Shown: positions 41,801-55,703 of the stretch, piece by piece
Position numbering within the stretch: position 1 is the first letter of the stretch
Layout: every line of letters starts with the position of its first letter
Origin: Geosiphon pyriformis uo1
Lineage: Eukaryota > Fungi > Glomeromycota
Direction: 5' to 3'
Assembly (NCBI GenBank): GCA_016748015.1
Contig: JAAOMT010000372.1
Span: 186,001-250,000, forward strand
Length of the DNA stretch: 64,000 bases
Translations under genes and position numbers: made by a program
Notes under the pieces: model-generated
What the model was told of the DNA's origin: nothing
Databases searched by the model: none
Seen by the model: the letters and a program-made list of their open reading frames with translations, nothing else

Positions 41801-44800
41801 GTTTATGGGCTTTGGCTGATAGGTATAGATTAGCAACATTGGCTAGGGAACTGATTTCGGGACTGGCTTCGAATAATAGGGCTTGATCTTGAATCTTTCA
41901 ATTCACCTTGAGAATGTATTGTCAGTATGGGGGAATAGAGATGACAGTGTCGGTGTGAATAAATTCTACCTGGTCACTGTCTTCCTCTGTAAAATTAACT
42001 GGTATGTTTCCTCTTCCACTTGATCCAAACCTGTTGATTCCTCAGGCAGTGAGGCCTAACTCTTCTCGGGTTGTTACTGGGGTTAATTGGGGTATTTTGA
42101 CTAGGGGTAGGAAGATAGCTTGGGCAATCTTTTCTTGTAATTTTATTTTGTAGAGTCTGTCCGAATTGTTCTGTAGCATCACGATAATGTTTCCCATATA
42201 ACCGGCATTGATGATTCCTCTTTTTATGTCAATTCTTTTTTTGGCTAGACTAGATCAAGAGACAACTTGTATCATTGTACTAACAGGAATTTCTAACGCT
42301 ATCTTAAGATCTATTTTTACGAAGGAATGTGGGGCTATAATGATGGGTGATTGTCCAGAGTATTGTAGATTGAAACCGGCATCAGTGTCATGTGCTCTTT
42401 CGGGGCAGATTCCTTTCTCATTGTCACTGTACCATTTTAGCTCTAGTTCTTCGGATAGGTCGGGATACACGAGATACTGTTCTGTTTCGGTATTCTCAGT
42501 TGAATCTTTGGGTTCAGGTAGTTTAGTGATTGGAAACAGTATTCTTGGAGGTGGATTGAACATGAGATCACATTCATTGCAGTACTGGAAGTGACAGGGG
42601 ATCAAACAGTGATCGCATAGTTTGGTATTCAAATCGGCCAACCTTTGCTCCTGTTCCTCGCAAGTTGGGGCCAATTTTTGATATTGGTTTTGAAATACAT
42701 CTGGGTCATCTGTAAAGAAATCATCCTTGGGGTAGTCAGGTCTAGTATATTTGGGCATCCAAGGGTTGTCCTTAATTTCTCATATTTCTTTGGGCATGGC
42801 GCCTTCGGCCTTGGCACTTGCCATTCTCCAGATTTTATGGTCATCGTGTGGATAACCGTCTAGCCTGTTAAGTGCTCGTTTCCAAGTGTCCTCGATGGAG
42901 GTTTCCTTTCGTACCCAATCGTTAATTAATATGGTGTATTGACAAGCCTCATTGCATGTTTCTCCTTTGCCAGGCACATCATTCCAGAATCCTTCATCTG
43001 GCAGGATTTTGCCTTATGCGAGGCACAGTATGTGGTCCCACTTGCCTTGTCGTTTTGGTCGTCTAAATCTTTCTAGTAAACAAAGCCTGCAATAGTATTT
43101 GGTGGCGGTGGGCCATTCTTCGTTGTCCCCAATACATGCACCCATAGTGGATAGTTTTTTTTCACAATCGACACATATTAGTCTTGGGAGTTGGTAAAAT
43201 AAGTTTCTTTGGTCCGAGATTACATATCCTAGTGATGACGATTGGGGTTCTTCTTTGGCTCTGCTTTTTCCTTTTTTTTCCCAGGTTGGTGGTGGGAGTA
43301 GTTCAGTTTGATAATCATCTGCCCATGAAACCTGATAGGTCTCAATGGTTGGTGGCATTGATGTGTCTTCAAATTCAATAAGGGGTTCCTCGGTACATTG
43401 GTTTTTAAAGTGTCCACATGTAGCTGGAACTCGGGCATGCTGTCTATTGAACGTGAGTTGAAGTTCTTGGGTGTTCCAGTCAAGAGTAGTGTTGGCTTTT
43501 AACAACCAGTCGTTTCTTACTAGAGCTTGATATTGAGTAGCTTCCATGACGAGTACTTTGGTAGAGATTTGAATTCCATTAATCTCGAAGGGGAAGTTGT
43601 CAATTTCTCCTATTGGGGTTTTTGTGTTCCCATCTGCTGTAATGATTTGGGCAGTAGCAGCACAGTCTACTTGGTGACCTAGTTGGTCTATGAGCTGCTT
43701 CGTGATTATGCTACTGGCTGATCCGCTATCCAGGATTAATTTAATGTCTATTTTTCCAACTTTGGCATCAGTGTATAGAGCCATTATTGGTTTATCCTAA
43801 TTGATGGCTGCTCCACTAAAAAGGCTATGTGTGTTCAAATTATCGATGTCAAAAGGAAATATGGCGGCTAGGGTGGTGTTTTCGGTAATAGTGACTGGTG
43901 GGATATTGCTTTTTGTTTGCTTAGAAGGTTGGGAGATTTGTTTTATATTCCCCTCTTCCACAGGTGTGGATTTATCAAAACTCTGGTCTTCCATAAAACT
44001 GAGATAGGAAGCTTGATTTGGGTATCCAGTTGGTGTTGGTTGAGATTGGGCAGGACCGCAAGGAATTGGTCGAGACAGTCCACTGTTGGTTTGCATTTGA
44101 TTGTTGTTGGGATTTCTCCATCCCTGATTATAGTTTATAGCTCGAGATCTGGACAGGCTGTAAGGGGAAGTTTGATAGTAAGGGATTGCTTGTGTCATTG
44201 GTGGTGGTTGATAATAATTCTGGGGTGGTGGTTGAGTATACAGGACTTGTTGTACATATAGGGGCAGTTGATTCTGAGGTATGGAATATTGGAGTACCAT
44301 GTTTTGCTGATATCTGGGTTGCTGGTATGGGTTTCCTTGATTTTGGTCCATGATCTTCCTTTTACAGTCATGGGCGATGTGTTCAGGTTTCTGGCAGTAG
44401 TAGCAATTGTGGGGATCAGATCTTTAAGGTTGTTGCTATTGCTGATAGTTCTGTTGCTGTAGGTATCTGCTGTTGTTGTTATTTTCTCTCTGTTGGGGTG
44501 GTTGGTAAGTTTTTGTAGTTCCGGCTAAGAATCCCTCAATTTTCTGAGTTAGTTTCTTACTCAATTGGGTTATCTTTGCATCAATGTCAAAGGTTCTGTT
44601 AATGGCTAAATTAATGGCTTGGGTATGATTCACTTCTTGTTCTGCAGACTCAAAATTGCGAGTGAGAGTGACGGCATCTTATAAACTAGTTGGATGGCGG
44701 GGTCTTACAGATCTTAGAATACTACTCCACAATCCTTTAATGAATTGATTAAAAACTTGCGCCGCAGTGTAGTAGTTCCTTTCAATAGCTAATATTTGAC

Positions 44801-45975
44801 ACAGAATTTGATTAAATTGTCCGAGATAAGTAGTTACTGCTTTGTAATCTTTTTGTTTAATTATGCTGAATTGATTTTGCAATCGGATTAATGTATTGGG
44901 GTCACAAAAGTATTGCAGAAATGTGAGTTTAAACTCAGTAAAAGAGGTAGGCTTCTCTGCCAGACTCTGGTACCATGAATTGGCAGTTCCAGTCAAAAAG
45001 AACAGCAGTGCCTGAACTGTGTAGTTGTCATTCCAACCATTAGCAGTAATTGCTTTCTCAGTGTCCGCGATCCAAGAATATGCATTATCTTCTTTACCAG
45101 AGAATTTTTCCAATTTAGCAATATCCCGGTAAGCCATGATCCAGTTAATAGATGGGATATTACTGGTTATGTTTAAAGGGATTGGTGTCCGCATATTCGA
45201 GTGTTCTCCAGGTGCTAATGCTGGTTGCTTTCCTTTGTCACTTGAACCAATAAGTTGTAAGATAGCTGTTTCTTCCGTCAGAGGAAATGCTGATTCTGCT
45301 AGGTTTTGTGCTGGTGGCTGTTCCCAAGTTGACAGGTTTCCTTCTGTTTGACTGGCTGCTGGGGTAAGATTTCCAAACAGCGATCCGTATTCTCCTAGTG
45401 ATTTGGTCCAACTGTGTTGATTCTAAGAATGTGAATTTTCAGGAGTTTGTGGTATTTCCGACTGGGTTTCCAGGGGTGGGTTGAATACAATTCTATTTTG
45501 GGGTGTCTAATGGTATGATGGAGTTGTTGGGGAGAGGACTCTTGGTTTTTTGTTGACCGTGGACTTGGCTTGGGCAGTTATGGGATTGTTGCATTCATTT
45601 TCATATTCCTTAGGGTTGGATTCTACTGGTTGTTGTACTTGAGGGAATCATTGTGCCACGTAATATTTAATGTCTGTATTGATTATGCGCAGAGTTTCAG
45701 CGATTGCTTGGGTAGTCGTGGCTGTTGAGTACCCTAGTAAGCTTTGATGGATTTGTTCTTCAAGTCTTCCTGTATTAGTTGCACGGCCTAACAAGCAATT
45801 GATTTTTGCGTTGATATAGTTACAAAAATTACTTTCTGCATAAGCGGTTTCTGCTGGTATTCCTAGGTCTTTTCGAAAGTATTAAAATAGTGCTTTTCTA
45901 TACAAGGAGTGGTCCTTTTCTATTGTTCCAATAGTCACCACTTTTATGTATTTTTGGGAGTGCTCTGTCTCTGTG
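38885..45975 (-). pseudogene. Gypsy-B gag-pol polyprotein, apparently one frame (gag, CCHC, PR, Cys-rich insert, dUTPase, RT, RNase H, integrase)
   Basis: CYYCQKPEHIAHDC, LILDSGS, RFCVDYRKLN, SGYWQ, MPFGL, VYLDN, TDA, integrase core. The 5' limit is approximate. Confidence 0.9.
42010..42435 (-). pseudogene. dut: dUTPase domain inside Gypsy-B pol, between protease and RT
   Basis: All five trimeric dUTPase motifs: AGFNL, *SSLA, GIINAGYMG, KIAQAIF, *GINRFGSSG. Confidence 0.9.
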
Positions 45976-46003
45976 GATTTATAACCTCACAGAGAGCACC
46001 AAA

Positions 46004-47085
46004 TGTTATGGGTAAACTTGGTGGATATGGGAAATAGTAACGTTTGGTGCTCTCAATTATTGATGATGCATCTTCTATGTAATTCTGTTGGCTTAGTCTT
46101 GATTATCAGTTTCTGAAGGTCTATTACTGGATGTGAATTTTACCCATTGAGTTCTTTGGTTATAAGGCACAGAGTTTGTCTTTTGTCAATTACAACGTTT
46201 TTCGTAAATGTGAGCTTTCTTCTCTGAGCTAACAAGCACAGTCATTAGGGTCTGGCATTGTCTTTTCACCTTTCTGGTAAGCTAACAAGATAATGTTAAT
46301 ATCCAAAACTTAGGGGGAGCTTCCCTCTTTTACCAGGCTATCATAAAGTTTATTCCCAGACAGTCAATTTTACTATGTTGTCGCTCCACAAAAAATTAAG
46401 ACAGAAAAAAAAAAAAAAAAAAAAAAATGAAAAGAAAAGAGAGAAAAGATAAATTAGTATCGTCAATTGCCGTGATCAAGAGCGATTGGTCCAAATTGTT
46501 AATAGGTTTGAGGCAGTTATGCTAAAAGCATCTGTTCTAGAATGGGGATACAAGACAAGGGTTAATTCACATAAATTCCATGAAGTTTGAGAACATAAAT
46601 TTGTGATTCTGATTTCTTTTAATAATTGGTTTATTTCAGGAGATGAAATAGGGAAGATAATAAAGAATGAAGAGGTATGGATATTTTAATTTCTGGTCTA
46701 GAGGTTTGTATCTATTTTTTTTTTCTCTGTCTTTTCTTACTTCTACAACTACTTGCTTTTATACATTCTTTTGGTTTTACAGGATTGCTTTCAATTGTCT
46801 CGCTATCACTAGCTATTGCTTTGTTGTTTCTGTTATTGCTTCGTTTTTCTACATTATTGCTAGTTATCCTATGTTATAATATGTTATCTGATGTTATTAC
46901 ATGTTATTCTGTGTTATCCTGTGTTATAACACGTTATTTTATGTTATTGTGTGCTATTCTGTGTTATAACACGTTATCCAACGTTATAATGTATTATCCA
47001 ATGTTATTGCGTGTTATTCTGTGTTATGTCACGTTTTGGTCATGTTTCTTCATAACTTTAGATTGGTTTTTCTACTCAGGTAACA
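46004..47085 (-). repeat. Gypsy-B 5' LTR
   Basis: Direct repeat of 36894-37981; adjacent to the PBS TGGTGCTCTCTGTGAGG. Confidence 0.95.
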
Positions 47086-48031
47086 CTGGTTGTATTGGGC
47101 TTAAGTCAGTTGCATAAGATGCTGTCAAGTTGTTCTGTGTGGAATTTGCATCTCAGAAGAGTTTAACTGGTGCCACTAAAGTGGCCATTGGTAATAAGAT
47201 TTTTTTAATCACTCTTAAGATTGCACAGTCTTCTGGTGTGGCCTCTGTTTCTTCTCCTTCTTTGTCAGTTGCACTTCATGATGTACCTTTGGGTACCTTT
47301 TCTGATGACATCAAATCTGCTCTTGGCATTTTTGGTGTTGTCACTTCTGTTAAGTTGAAGCCTGCTGGCTTATGGCAATATGCTGTGGTTAATTTCAAAG
47401 ACACTTTTTCTGCTACTGCTGCTCTTACTTACTGGTCTGTGCTGATAAAGAAAGACAGTGTTAGGATTCTACTTTTAGTCAACCAAAATGAAGTTATTAC
47501 CTTAAAAGATGCTTTCAAAGCCAAGTTGGTCAATTTTCCTTTTGGCTGTACTGTTTTTAAGATAAGCGATTTGGTCTCTCAAGTTGGTGGCCATACCTGT
47601 TTCATTCCTTGCTTTCCTGAGTCATACTGACATCAACATTTTGCTGTGATTATCTTTAATTCCTTGGAATCTTTGAACATTGCTGTTTCTAAAACTGGTA
47701 CTTTATGTGGCTGCCATATCTGGTGGGAAACTCCTGGATGTCGCCATTGCTATAGGTGTTAAGGTCTGAACCATTTGGCTTTAGAGTGCAAGGTGTTGTC
47801 ACCTCTCCCTTCTAAAGTCTCTTCCAACTTCTCTGGTGGTCCCAAAGTTTTCAAATTCTCATTTGCTAGATCCAAATCTTATGTCAAAGCTGTTGCATAA
47901 AGAAAAAAACTTTTTTTCTCTCTTTGTCTACTACTACAAAACTTACTACACCTCAAATTTAGAAAAATAGTTTCTGCCAAAAAATACCCTTAATTAAAGT
48001 ACACTTTATTATTATTATAACAGACTTTAAA

Positions 48032-50300
48032 GTGTCTGACAACAATAATTATAGCAAAGTAACAACAGTCACAAACAGAAGTACTAGCAAAGATACTACC
48101 AAGAATATAGACCAAATGGAAGGAAATCCCATTGTCAATACAGAGAAGGAAGGAAATAGTACATTCATTCCAAATCAAATACCAGTTGAGAAAACAAGAC
48201 CTATAACACCTCCATTCAGGTTTGAATATAATAATGTAATAATTGGAAGTGTAAACACAAGCAGTAGAGACAACACACCTTTTAGAATTGCAAATACATC
48301 AAAGAGAACAGCCCCACACTGACTTTTCTCCACTAACAGGCAACAGACTAGAAGAAAAACATAATAAAAAATACAGACACTTGGAAAAAATAAGTGTTAA
48401 AAACCTAACAGAAAGATTTAATCAGGTCATTGAAGAGGAACTTACTAATAAAACAACAGACCAAACCAACAATTTTGTCTTGTGACCAATGTTCAATAAG
48501 GGAGGTAATAGTAATAAGTTTCAAATAGAAGCCTGGACTGGTAAAAAGGGGGCCTCAAAGTCCCTGAAAAAATTGGATAGACCATTCCAATTGCTTAATA
48601 AAGATGTTGAGAGAGCAGTGCAGATTGAAACAGCTTTGAGAAAATACAATCCAGAAATTTTGGACATGATCAACAAAGAAAAATCTGTAAAGAAAACCGA
48701 TGAGCAAATGGACAATCCATTTGAGATAAACAAAGATATAGCCGATCTAGAAGAGACTGCAGAAGACATGGAAGATTCTGAATTGGGTTTATCAAACAGA
48801 ATGCCAAGCCCAAGCCCAGGCCAAAAGAGTAACAGATTATCTGAGAGGAATGCCACGTCTACAGAAGCAAATCAAGAAGAAGGGTGGAAGACTGTCATTC
48901 ACAGCACCAAAAGACATGTTCTATTTGTGCAGATAGTAGACATACCAGAAAAGAACATGGGAAAGAAGGTGGGGTGGATTTATAACCTATTGGGGGATGT
49001 CAGTTAACTTTTGGGGGCTGTAATGGTGAGAAATCAAGAAATCAAAATAGATTTCTCCCAAATTGCTGGAAGGGATCAAGCTAAGAAAATCCTGGCAGAG
49101 ACAGATATTGAGTCATTTTTGATGGCAACTGATGACATTGCCAATCAAATGGCTGGTCAAAAGAAGGTTTTAGTTAGGAATATTCCTTTGGGTATTTCTG
49201 ACAGAGAAGTTGGAGCTGCCATGAAAAAATTTGGGGAGGTAAAAAAAGTCCAAGTCAAAGTGGCTGGAAAATAGCAGTTAGCAATGGTAGAATTCAGCAA
49301 CCAAGAAGAGGCGACTAGAGCTGTGGACCAATTGTCAACTTTGATCAGAAAAGACACAATTAGAATATATCCAATGATAGGTACCCAAAAGATCATTGAG
49401 CAGAGAAAAACCTGAAAAGCTAAGTTAGTTGGCCTACCACAAAATTGTACTGCTCACTATCTGAGCACCACTTTAGACCAAATCAAGGCCTGATCTTGCT
49501 TTATTCCAAGAACTAGCAGAAACTACACCAGAATGAACTATGTTTACATAAGGTTTGATAGTGAAGCCAGTCATTACAATGCTACCAGTAAGCCTTTGGT
49601 AATTGGGAACACTCTAATTCACTGAGTACCCACTGATGCTAAAGAATGCTATTTTTGTTATCAGATAGGACACTTGGTTTCAAATTGTTCTACTTTACTT
49701 AAAAAAAAAGAGAGAAATACTAAGAAAATAACTAATAACATATGATTAGCCAAATTGTATGTCAGAAAAAATATACCAGAAGAACCCATCAAGGCATTTG
49801 GAGGAAGATTATATGCTGAAATGGCAGCACTAAACCCATCTAATAATAGGAACAATACAAACCCAAGTGGATCTCAAAAAGCAGGCTTGCAAGCAAACAA
49901 CAATAAAGAGCAACAAAAAAGAGAAATAGAACAGCCATAGAAGTCCAAAATTGATGAACTAAGACAACAGGTAAATGAGATGGCTAAACTGCTGAATGCT
50001 GTGGCTTCCAAACTTGGGGTAACAGTAGAAAAGAAAAAAGAAGACAAAGTGGTGATTAATCCACCAAGCCACATATCAGAGGAAAGGAAAGAAGGGAGTA
50101 ATAGAAAAGTGAAACAGGATATGTCCTCCAAACATAACTCAGAGGAGAAAAAAGAGGCATACAACTCAGAAAAAAAAATCAATGAAATCAAAAAGGCCCT
50201 GGAACCTATTATAATACTGTTAAAACAAGTGGAGAAACAGGGTAACTGGAATGATGCTATGGCTGGGGAATCTAAATCTATGGAGACAGATGATGTATAG
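48032..50300 (+). pseudogene. LINE-A ORF1 (RRMs, CCHC CYFCYQIGHLVSNC, coiled coil)
   Basis: Fragments 48032-48322, 48489-49007, 49011-49274, 49755-49940, 49980-50300. Start uncertain. Confidence 0.85.
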
Positions 50301-52213
50301 TACATTCAACTTTAACTTAGAACAGAACATTGCTGATAATAATACTTGGAAAATAGGAACTATTAATGTTAGAGGACTTAACAATCTTAGCAAAGCTGAG
50401 GAAGTGCTACAATGAATTAAAGATAAACAGTTTGATTTTGTGGTCATTACAGAAACTAAACTGACCCCACTCAAAGAAAAAGGGGTGTTTTTTGGTACTA
50501 AGGGATATCACGTCTTTTGGGAGTCAAGCACTGAGAAACAAATGAGAACTAAAATGGGCATATTGGTTAAAAAATGTTGGACTCACCATGTGAAGATAAT
50601 CAGAGGTTATCAGGGAAGACTGTTGCATCTGGTACTAAAATTTAAGGGTAAAATAAGTGTATACATAGTTGGGTTATACATGCCTGCATCAAAATTACCT
50701 ACTGAAAAGGCAGTTGCAAAAGAGATCAGGAAGCTTTTAGCAGACATTGTGCAAAACAAAGAAATTGTTATAGTGGTGGACAATTTAAATAAAGATCTGG
50801 CAGCTAAATTACTTGAAGAGACAATTGTCACAAACAAAGAAAAAAAATGTCCCACTGCAATATTGCTGCAACAGATGAATCTGATGAATATACATAAAAT
50901 ATGTAGTAAACAATCTGGATAATACATGGACAGCAAATGGAGTACAAAGGAGATTGGATTATGTGTTTACTGATGTTATTACAGTCTTACTGGTTACAAA
51001 TATTGAAGTGATTAATGTGAATGAATCATTTAGCACTGATTACAAAGCAGTAGTAACAATCATCCGATCTAATAGAATCTTGACAGGCACTAAAAAATCT
51101 AAATCTGGAAGAAAGAAGTGTAGCACAATTATGATAGATGTTAAAAAAGCATTTGGAGTTCAATGGAAGATCTATGCTAGAGAAACTGATTAACTAACAG
51201 ATAAAGTGTGAAAAAAATCAATAGATAACAGTAATAATGATCTAAACCAGATGTGGCTTACAATCAAGGAGATTGTGTTACAAGCTGCTGAGTGCCTACC
51301 AAAAAGAAAAGTGGGAGCCCAATCTGCACACACAAAAAAAGAATGTATGGATTACAAGCTTGTTAAGATTGTTACTGATATAATCAAATAAATAAGAGTA
51401 AACAATACAGATATGCATAATAACAATGTTATGCAGCTATTGGCCAAATGAAAACAATTGAAACCTGAGGCTGTTAATGCATATTTGATGAATTTCCCAA
51501 AAGATAAGCTCATTGTTAAATTACTAAGTACCAAAAAAGAATACAGATCTATACTGCATGCTAGTGTTATGGGTTGGAGTAACAAGCTAATGGATAGCAA
51601 GGGAGAACAGAATTGTAGGATAATGAAAATAATCAAAGGGAAATTCAACTTTAAAGAGCAAATTGAATGAGTATGGATTTAATGTGCGAGATCAGTCTCA
51701 TAAAATATTTCAGTCGCTATTCTTTTTAAAGGTAATTGGAGAATCTGAAGGTAGAGGGATAGTCTGTACTGTCAACAATTGATCACCACTGGTATAATTC
51801 TATGCCTCATATCAGCACTCTTAAAATTCAATATTAGGTATCAACTTGTGCTTTTCAGTTACATTTATTCAAATACTATAATTATATACATCAGGAAAAA
51901 GCCAACAAGTAATTTTTTATCCTAAAATGTTTGGATACTTGAAGGTAGGAAAAGGGAAATTAGTGATAAGAGAGTAATTGAGATGAAAGTTGTTATTTTT
52001 ATTTATTTGATTCTTGTCTGAAAGATGATTTTCTATAGCTAAAAGACTTATTGCTTATATAGTTATTGAAAGTGGTCAATGACCAGGTCAATGACTAGGT
52101 CAATGATTAGGTCAATGATCAGATTAATGGTCAGATTATTGATCAGATTAATGATCACTATCTAAAAATAGAATGGCTAATTATATGACATCAGTGACTA
52201 ATACATGTGATAA

Positions 52214-52870
52214 CTAATAAAAATTATGGGTTTTAACTGTAACATCATCCTTTCCAAAGAGATTGAGCTCCGGCAAAATCAAGCTATTTATAGGGTATTC
52301 TAATTGAAGGGTTTTGTCTAACTTAAAACTAACTAGTTTGTTGAAGTTTTTTGTGAATAGAGTATATAGTACTTGAGGCAAAAAAAGCTTTGTATCCAAG
52401 AAACCAAATCTTTGTATAAGAGTTTTGGCTCTTCTTGCAATAGTCAAAACTCTTAGGACATCTAAACATATAATGCCCAAAATTTCCACTTGTATCTCTG
52501 AAGTTGTTTTTTTCATGAGCTTCATTTTTTCTATGATTTCACCAAGATAACCATAAAGTTCTAGTTGCCTTCCATATGACAAGTTTTTGTCTATGGGCAA
52601 GATTTCCTTAATCATTTTTCCAATTGTCATGGAAGATGTAAGTATTGCTGCTATTATACTTTCTAGCAAATACTTATCCATTTTGCTACCAATTTTTTCT
52701 CTTCTGGTAGTGGTTTTCTTTGGTCTAATAACAGTATGTGTTCTACTGTTATCAGTTATGGTGGTTTGTTTTCCAATGGTCAGAGTAGCATTTGGATAAT
52801 TTTTGATTCAGTACTTATGGAGAATGTAGAAAGTGTTTTGAATGTTTTGATCTAGGAAATAATTGTTCAT
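52214..52870 (-). pseudogene. Gypsy-A3 ORF3 (218 aa)
   Basis: ATG at 52870; ORF 52214-52681 in the same frame; same length as in copy 2. Confidence 0.75.
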
Positions 52871-55703
52871 GTTGATTGAAGATACCTCTGTTTTGGGAAT
52901 GGTTCATTTATTTATATCTGATTTTTGTTGATCATTTGGGTTGGTATTACCACAACAGATAACCAATCAGGTCATTTGTGATATTTCTTAAGTCGTATGC
53001 CATGAACAGAATGATCATTAAAGATTGTTCCATATTGATTTTGTAAAATATAAGAACCATTGTTCAAAACTTTGTTGACTATAAAGAGTCCTTTCTACTG
53101 GCTAGAGAATTTATCACCATAGACATTGTTTTTGTCTGAACGGTATTTCAAAACTAAGTCACCAACACTTAAGGAAAGTGTTTTATAGGTCTTTTTTTTT
53201 TTGAGCTTCTCTTGGAACTGTTTTATCTTTTCAAAGGCAATTATCCGTGCTTTTACCAATGAGTCAAGAATGGTACCAAGTCTTCTTTGCAAAATGTTCT
53301 TGTAATTTCCTATTGTTATTTCTTCAAAAAGTATTGTTTCTATATCCATTTCTATTGGTAGAGTTGCCATTTATCCATAGAGCAGATAAAAAGGTTCATA
53401 ACTTGTTATGTCATGATTCACAGTTCTTTAGGCAAACAAAGCTGAAGGCAATACTTTGTCCCATAGGTTGGTTTCTTCACTGGTTTTGGCTAAGGTTTCA
53501 CATAGTGTTCTATTGAAATGTTCTACTAAGCCATTTATTTGAGAGTGATAAGGGGAAGAGAGTTTATGACGTATTCCCATTTTTCTGCAAAGTTCTTCAA
53601 CCAGTGTACTGAGAAAAGCTCTTTTTCTATCAGATAAAAGTTCTTTGGGGCAGCTGTGGTGACAGATAATATCTTCATAAATGAAATTGGCAATTGAGAC
53701 TACTGTTTGATCTGAGATGGCTCTTGCTTCTACCCACTTTGTAAGATAGTCGGTAACTGTGATAATATATCTGTTGCCATCAGGAGTTACTGTTAAAGGT
53801 CCAACAATATCTATACCAATTCTGTCAAATGGTTGACCAACAGAGATCGGATGGATATCTTCCTTGTGATTGGGTTTTTCTTTTCTTTGGCAGATATCAC
53901 AGGTTTTGATGTATTCAGCAATGTCTTTTCCCAAGATAGATCAATAATAGTAAGCTAAAGTTTTCTGAATTGTTTTTGTTTTTCCAAAGTGTCCAGCTAA
54001 TGGATCAGAGTACATATTGTAGATCACAATTTCTTTTTCTTCAAATCTAATGACTTTTTGAAGGTGGTCAGAATCTTTTCTATTTCTTTTATATAACTGG
54101 TTCTGGCAAATTAAATAGAAATTTAATTGTTTGTGCAAATGTTCTCTTTGCTGTCAAGTATAGTCTGGCGGGTATTGTTCTTTACCCAAAAATTCCATTA
54201 AGGCAGAGTAGTTGTTCAAGTCCATTATCATGTTTGTTTGTGGGGGAGTTATAAATAATTAAGTTGGGTTGGTTTGAGAGAGTTTTACTATTACTGGATG
54301 GTAAGTCTGGAGAGAGCGTCGGCATTTTGATGATTAGCTCCTTTGTAGTGTTGAATGTCATAGTCGAATTCATCCAAGTAGAGTATCCAGTGAGTTATCC
54401 ATTTATGTTCCAGGTTTTTTTTGTTGCATAGCCAAACCAAAGCTTGGTAATTTGTTACCACCAAAAATTTCACACCCTTAAGATATTTGTCCCAGTAGCT
54501 GGTAGCCCAAACTACTGCTAAGCATTCTTGCTTAGTGACTGAGTAGTTCCTTTCTGCTGGTGTAAGAGTTCTACTGACATATGCTATGGCATGTTCCCTG
54601 CCATCTTTGTCTTTTTGGAAAAGAACAGCACCAAGTCCATAGCCAGATACATTAGTATGGAGAATAAAAGGTTGATCCAGATTAGGTTGCATAAGGATGA
54701 ATTCTGTAACCAGTTTTTCCTTCAGAATTTCAAATGCTTTTTGTTGATGAGTGCCCCAGTGATAATTGATGTTTTTTCTAAGTAGCTGATTGAAAGGAGT
54801 GGCAATTTTGAAGAAATCTTTGACAAATTTGTGATAATAAGAGGCCAAACCAAAAAAAGAGCGTAGTTCATGAACATTCATTGGTTGTCTAATGTTTTGA
54901 ACTTTTTCAATTTTGGCTGGATCAGGGAAGATTCCATCTTTTGTAATAAGATGGCCAAGGAACTGGGTGAATTGACATCCAAAGAATGATTTGATTGGAT
55001 TGATCTTGAGGCCAGCATTTCTAAGGAGATTAAAAACCTTTTGCAAATGTTCAAGGTGTTCATCCCGGGTTTTTGAGTATACCATTATGTCGTCCAAGTA
55101 GACTAGAACAAAGTTTTCTTTTACTGATTCAAATACTTTGTCCATTAAGCATTGAAAGGTGGGAGAAGCATTTGTGAGACCAAAAGGCATGACTGTGAAT
55201 TCGTAGGTGCCATACTTGGTGATGAAGACAGTTTTCTTTCTGCTTTCTGGATCCATCTCTACTTGCCAAAATCCAGCAGTTAAGTCAATGATTGAGAAGA
55301 AAGTGGCACCATAGAATTGGTCTAGCATTGCATTAATCTTAGAAAGTGGGTACATGTCTCTTTCAGTAATAGTATTTAATTGGCAATAGTCAACACAAAA
55401 GCATAGGGTTCCTCCTTTTTTGGATATCACTACAACCAGGAATGCCCATTCACTCTTGGTTTCCTGTATAAATCCAAGGTTTTTCATTCGGGTTATTTCC
55501 TTTTTGATAAACTTATCATTGTGCTGGTTGAATTAATAGAGCTTCAAATGGATGGGACAAGTTTCTCTGGTGATGATGGTGTGTTGTATCACATGTGTAC
55601 ATCTAGGAGGTTCACCTTCTTTTGAGATAACTGGGCTGTTTCTAGCCAGCAGGTTTTCAATGTCTATCTTTCTTTCTTCTGAAGAGGGTTCTCTTTGTTC
55701 TAC

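Larger units (their letters stand above)
36894..47085 (-). mobile_element. Ty3/Gypsy family B, full length (~10.2 kb), dUTPase-bearing, inserted in H5
   Basis: LTRs 36894-37981 and 46004-47085 (TGTTA..TAACA); TSD CTGG (36890-36893 / 47086-47089); PBS 45985-46001; PPT about 37984-37997. Confidence 0.97.
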
